Below are positions 22,760 through 24,000 of a stretch of 24,000 nt of DNA, piece by piece. Position 1 is the first letter of the stretch, and each line of letters starts with the position of its first letter. The stretch covers positions 2,340 through 26,339 of the forward strand of contig JADHUY010000007.1 in the NCBI GenBank assembly GCA_016784305.1, written 5' to 3'. Made by a program: the position numbers and the translations under genes. Below the pieces are notes generated by a model. It ran no database searches, was not told the DNA's origin, and saw nothing but the letters and a program-made list of their open reading frames with translations. This stretch comes from Parcubacteria group bacterium. GTDB lineage: Bacteria > Patescibacteriota > Minisyncoccia > Phycocordibacterales > JABMNX01.

Positions 22760-22789
22760 ACTATACCCACAAAAGCCTTGTTTTGTCAA
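22760..22789 (-). promoter_or_regulatory. sigma70-type promoter for the lipoprotein gene
   Basis: The minus strand reads TTGACA (22789-22784), an 18-nt spacer, then TATAGT (22765-22760), about 60 nt upstream of the ATG at 22700. Confidence 0.55.
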
Positions 22790-22848
22790 GGTTTTAAGCG
22801 GTTTATCGTTGCTTATTACGAGCAAAAAGTGCTACATTCATTAACATC

Positions 22849-22920
22849 GCCCTCGTAGTTCAAGGGATAGAATACAAGTTTGCGGAACTTGCGATCCAGG
22901 TTCGAATCCTGGCGAGGGCA
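22849..22920 (+). tRNA. tRNA-Arg (anticodon GCG)
   Basis: Manual fold:
- Acceptor GCCCTCG/CGAGGGC.
- D arm GTTC-AAGGGATA-GAAT.
- Anticodon arm CAAGT-TTGCGGA-ACTTG.
- T arm CCAGG-TTCGAAT-CCTGG.
- Discriminator A. Confidence 0.8.
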
Positions 22921-22923
22921 CAT
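22908..22923 (+). repeat. 16-nt direct repeat, copy 1 (tRNA-Arg-GCG 3' end plus 3 nt)
   Basis: cctggcgagggcacat is identical to 23080-23095. Confidence 0.9.
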
Positions 22924-22948
22924 GAGTGAGGCACGAGCGAATGTGCCC
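22916..22948 (+). repeat. 8-bp hairpin that uses the tRNA-Arg(GCG) 3' end as its left arm
   Basis: The left arm is gggcacat (22916-22923). The loop is gagtgaggcacgagcga. The right arm is atgtgccc (22941-22948). Confidence 0.7.
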
Positions 22949-22953
22949 GAGGA

Positions 22954-22975
22954 GAAGTGTGCTTGCGCACACTTC
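22954..22975. repeat. 9-bp perfect hairpin gaagtgtgc-ttgc-gcacacttc
   Basis: Checked base by base. Confidence 0.85.
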
Positions 22976-23079
22976 GTCAGGATTCGAACGCCGGAACATG
23001 TCCCGAGGTCTACGAGGGACAGTGAGGTGTGTCCCGCGGTACTTAGCGAGTTTACGAGCTTAGTGACCGTCAGGACGAA

Positions 23080-23095
23080 CCTGGCGAGGGCACAT
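23080..23095 (+). repeat. 16-nt direct repeat, copy 2, preceded by a degenerate T-arm
   Basis: cctggcgagggcacat is preceded by gtcaggacgaa, compared with ccaggttcgaat in the real tRNA. The segment 23063-23093 folds as about 12 bp of stacked helices (GTGACC+GTCAGG / CCTGGC+GGGCAC). Confidence 0.85.
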
Positions 23096-23136
23096 AGGCA
23101 CGAAAGCAAAGCAGTTTGCTTTCGTGCCTATGTGCC
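23089..23136. repeat. 22-bp perfect hairpin ggcacataggcacgaaagcaaa-gcag-tttgctttcgtgcctatgtgcc
   Basis: Checked base by base. It is homologous to 17946-17970, with G>A / C>T changes that keep the pairing. Confidence 0.9.
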
Positions 23137-23148
23137 AAACGGAATGAT

Positions 23149-23177
23149 GTTTCTTTCTCTTTCCTAAAGAAAGAAAC
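23149..23177. repeat. 10-bp hairpin gtttctttct-ctttcctaa-agaaagaaac
   Basis: Checked base by base. Confidence 0.8.
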
Positions 23178-23209
23178 GAATGAGTTCGGGGAGGGAGTTC
23201 TTGGGAACG

Positions 23210-23233
23210 TAGTGACCTAGAAACTCGACCCCA
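23210..23233 (+). repeat. direct repeat copy 1: tagtgacctagaaactcgacccca
   Basis: The first 15 nt are identical to 23302-23316, and 21 of 24 nt match overall. It carries the TAGTGACC box. Confidence 0.85.
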
Positions 23234-23301
23234 CAATTGCACCCATCACTAACTCGCTATCGCTGCTAAGCGATGTGTGGTCGAATCCTATTTATAAAAC
23301 A

Positions 23302-23325
23302 TAGTGACCTAGAAACCCAACTCCA
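23302..23325 (+). repeat. direct repeat copy 2: tagtgacctagaaacccaactcca
   Basis: See 23210-23233. The copies are spaced 92 nt apart. Confidence 0.85.
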
Positions 23326-23338
23326 AATCTTAAAACAT

Positions 23339-23367
23339 AAAACCATACGATATATCATAGTGGTTTT
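23339..23367. repeat. imperfect hairpin aaaaccatacgatatatcatagtggtttt (CGAT-core family)
   Basis: Resembles 17526-17553 (aaaaccttacgatgtatcgtaaggtttt) but has a bulge and a mismatch. Confidence 0.6.
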
Positions 23368-23420
23368 GTGTTTCAATAATTAACTCTTGAGTTGATTCAA
23401 TAGTAACAGACAAACACCTA

Positions 23421-23464
23421 AATTTGTGCGATACCTGCCTGCGCAGGCAGGTATCGCACAAATT
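23421..23464. repeat. 44-nt perfect palindrome aatttgtgcgatacctgcctgc|gcaggcaggtatcgcacaaatt
   Basis: The second copy of 17619-17662. It probably also serves as the terminator of the minus-strand gene that ends at 23515. Confidence 0.95.
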
Positions 23465-23492
23465 AACTCCAGAGCTAGCTCTAGAGTTAATT
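23461..23492. repeat. 32-nt palindrome (one mismatch) aattaactccagagct|agctctagagttaatt
   Basis: Related to 17568-17593. It overlaps the previous palindrome by the 4 nt aatt. Confidence 0.85.
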
Positions 23493-23514
23493 CTGTACAC
23501 TTCAAAAATTAAAT

Positions 23515-24000
23515 TTAAAACTCCTCAAACGCAGGCACTAGCTTCACAGTTGCGTCCACAGACAAAGTATTCTCTGTTGTAGGACACGTAAGTGTGTACG
23601 TACTCTCCTCGGTTATGGGTGCTGTCACCTTTGAGCCACTCTTTCCACTTGCAAAGAAATTAGGACCAGAGACTGAACAAGAAAGAATGTCATCATCCCC
23701 TAGTGTTGACCAGGTGATTAATGAAACATTCTCCGCTTTCACTCTCGTTGGATTAGCTGAAATATTTAATACTGGCCAAAATACATTTACGTTAACAAAG
23801 TTCTGTCCCCCATTGGAGCAAATCACCGTAAATTGCGTACTTATAACTGGAGAAACTACTACAGAGCCAGAAGGCGCACCACCAGTTGAGAAGTTCACAC
23901 CCGAACTTGATGTTGAGTCTACACAAGCAAATGTAAGAGTTGCGGAGTTCCCTCCGATTATAGATATGTTGCCTCCAGGTCCACTACCACCATTTCCAGA
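23515..24000 (-). CDS. paralog of the Cys-rich surface protein, C-terminal part (CDS continues past the right edge)
   Basis: The frame stays open to position 24000. It reads SGNGGSGPGGNISIIGGNSATLTFACVDSTSSSGVNFSTGG... and aligns with VILGQSATLTWSCSNSTSSSGSNFSTGG... of the 20832-22046 protein. Both proteins end in FEEF. The M at 23898 in the ORF track is an internal GTG. Confidence 0.8.
   Translation of the reverse strand, partial: SGNGGSGPGGNISIIGGNSATLTFACVDSTSSSGVNFSTGGAPSGSVVVSPVISTQFTVICSNGGQNFVNVNVFWPVLNISANPTRVKAENVSLITWSTLGDDDILSCSVSGPNFFASGKSGSKVTAPITEESTYTLTCPTTENTLSVDATVKLVPAFEEF

Noticed and set aside
22816-23242. ORFs 22816-23109(-), 22880-23167(+) and 23060-23242(-) from the six-frame track.
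   Set aside because: - They overlap one another, tRNA-Arg(GCG) and the perfect hairpins.
- They have no RBS.
- Their Arg/Cys/Ser-rich translations are typical of GC-rich non-coding sequence.
22941-23300. Possible tmRNA. ggattcgaac at 22980-22989 resembles the GGAUUCGAC motif near tmRNA 5' ends, and tggtcgaatcc at 23279-23289 resembles a T-loop.
   Set aside because: - No GGGG-type 5' acceptor strand pairs with a 3' ...ACCA end.
- The putative T-loops lack flanking 5-bp stems.
- I found no tag-like reading frame on either strand.
23210-23325. Mini CRISPR array, based on repeats ending in GAAAC.
   Set aside because: - There are only two copies.
- The 92-nt period leaves a spacer of about 68-77 nt.
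- The repeats diverge after 15 nt.
- No cas genes or leader are present in the window.

Overview
This is a compact bacterial window with about 40-42% G+C in typical CDS by my spot counts. Its gene content and layout resemble a small-genome Candidate Phyla Radiation / Parcubacteria-type organism (inference).

Genes, left to right:
- A dTMP-synthesis cluster: a tmk fragment, a long ThyX-like gene, dcd and folD.
- secE-nusG-rplK, with no rplA after rplK.
- A tightly packed minus-strand envelope operon headed by an ArsR-type regulator: arsR-like, DUF3179, DUF3105, DsbA-like, TlpA-like, CcdA, then a SIMPL protein.
- A SemiSWEET-like gene, a NadM-like nucleotidyltransferase / APS-kinase-like fusion, and a PduO-type adenosyltransferase.
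- A membrane-lipid enzyme cluster: Lnt-like, sphingomyelin-synthase-like PAP2_C, and a His-rich polytopic protein.
- rplS, an rluA-family gene, uppS and acyP.
- YqaA/DedA, a CsaA-like tRNA-binding protein and RuvX.
- DUF1653, a type IV pilin-like gene, and two paralogous cysteine-rich repeat surface proteins.
- These paralogs flank a higher-GC insert that carries a lipoprotein gene.

There are six tRNA genes: His-GTG, Leu-GAG, Val-TAC, Arg-TCT, Ser-TGA and Arg-GCG.

The most unusual signal is non-coding. Long, locally GC-rich, hairpin-dense tracts sit next to tRNA genes at 10623-10844, 17506-18014 and 22921-23514, with related hairpins at 9378-9427 and 14689-14745. They share a modular repeat family:
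- Perfect palindromes whose copies differ by compensatory changes.
- An 18-nt box (GGCGTCAGGTCACTAACC and variants) fused to a palindrome.
- A direct, partial duplication of the tRNA 3' end 125-175 bp downstream of three different tRNA genes.

I could not match these tracts to RNase P, SRP, tmRNA, CRISPR, integron attC or DGR signatures by eye. I regard them as the best candidate for something undescribed, either a tRNA-end-associated miniature element or a structured RNA family. No transposase, integrase, cas or reverse transcriptase gene is present in the window.
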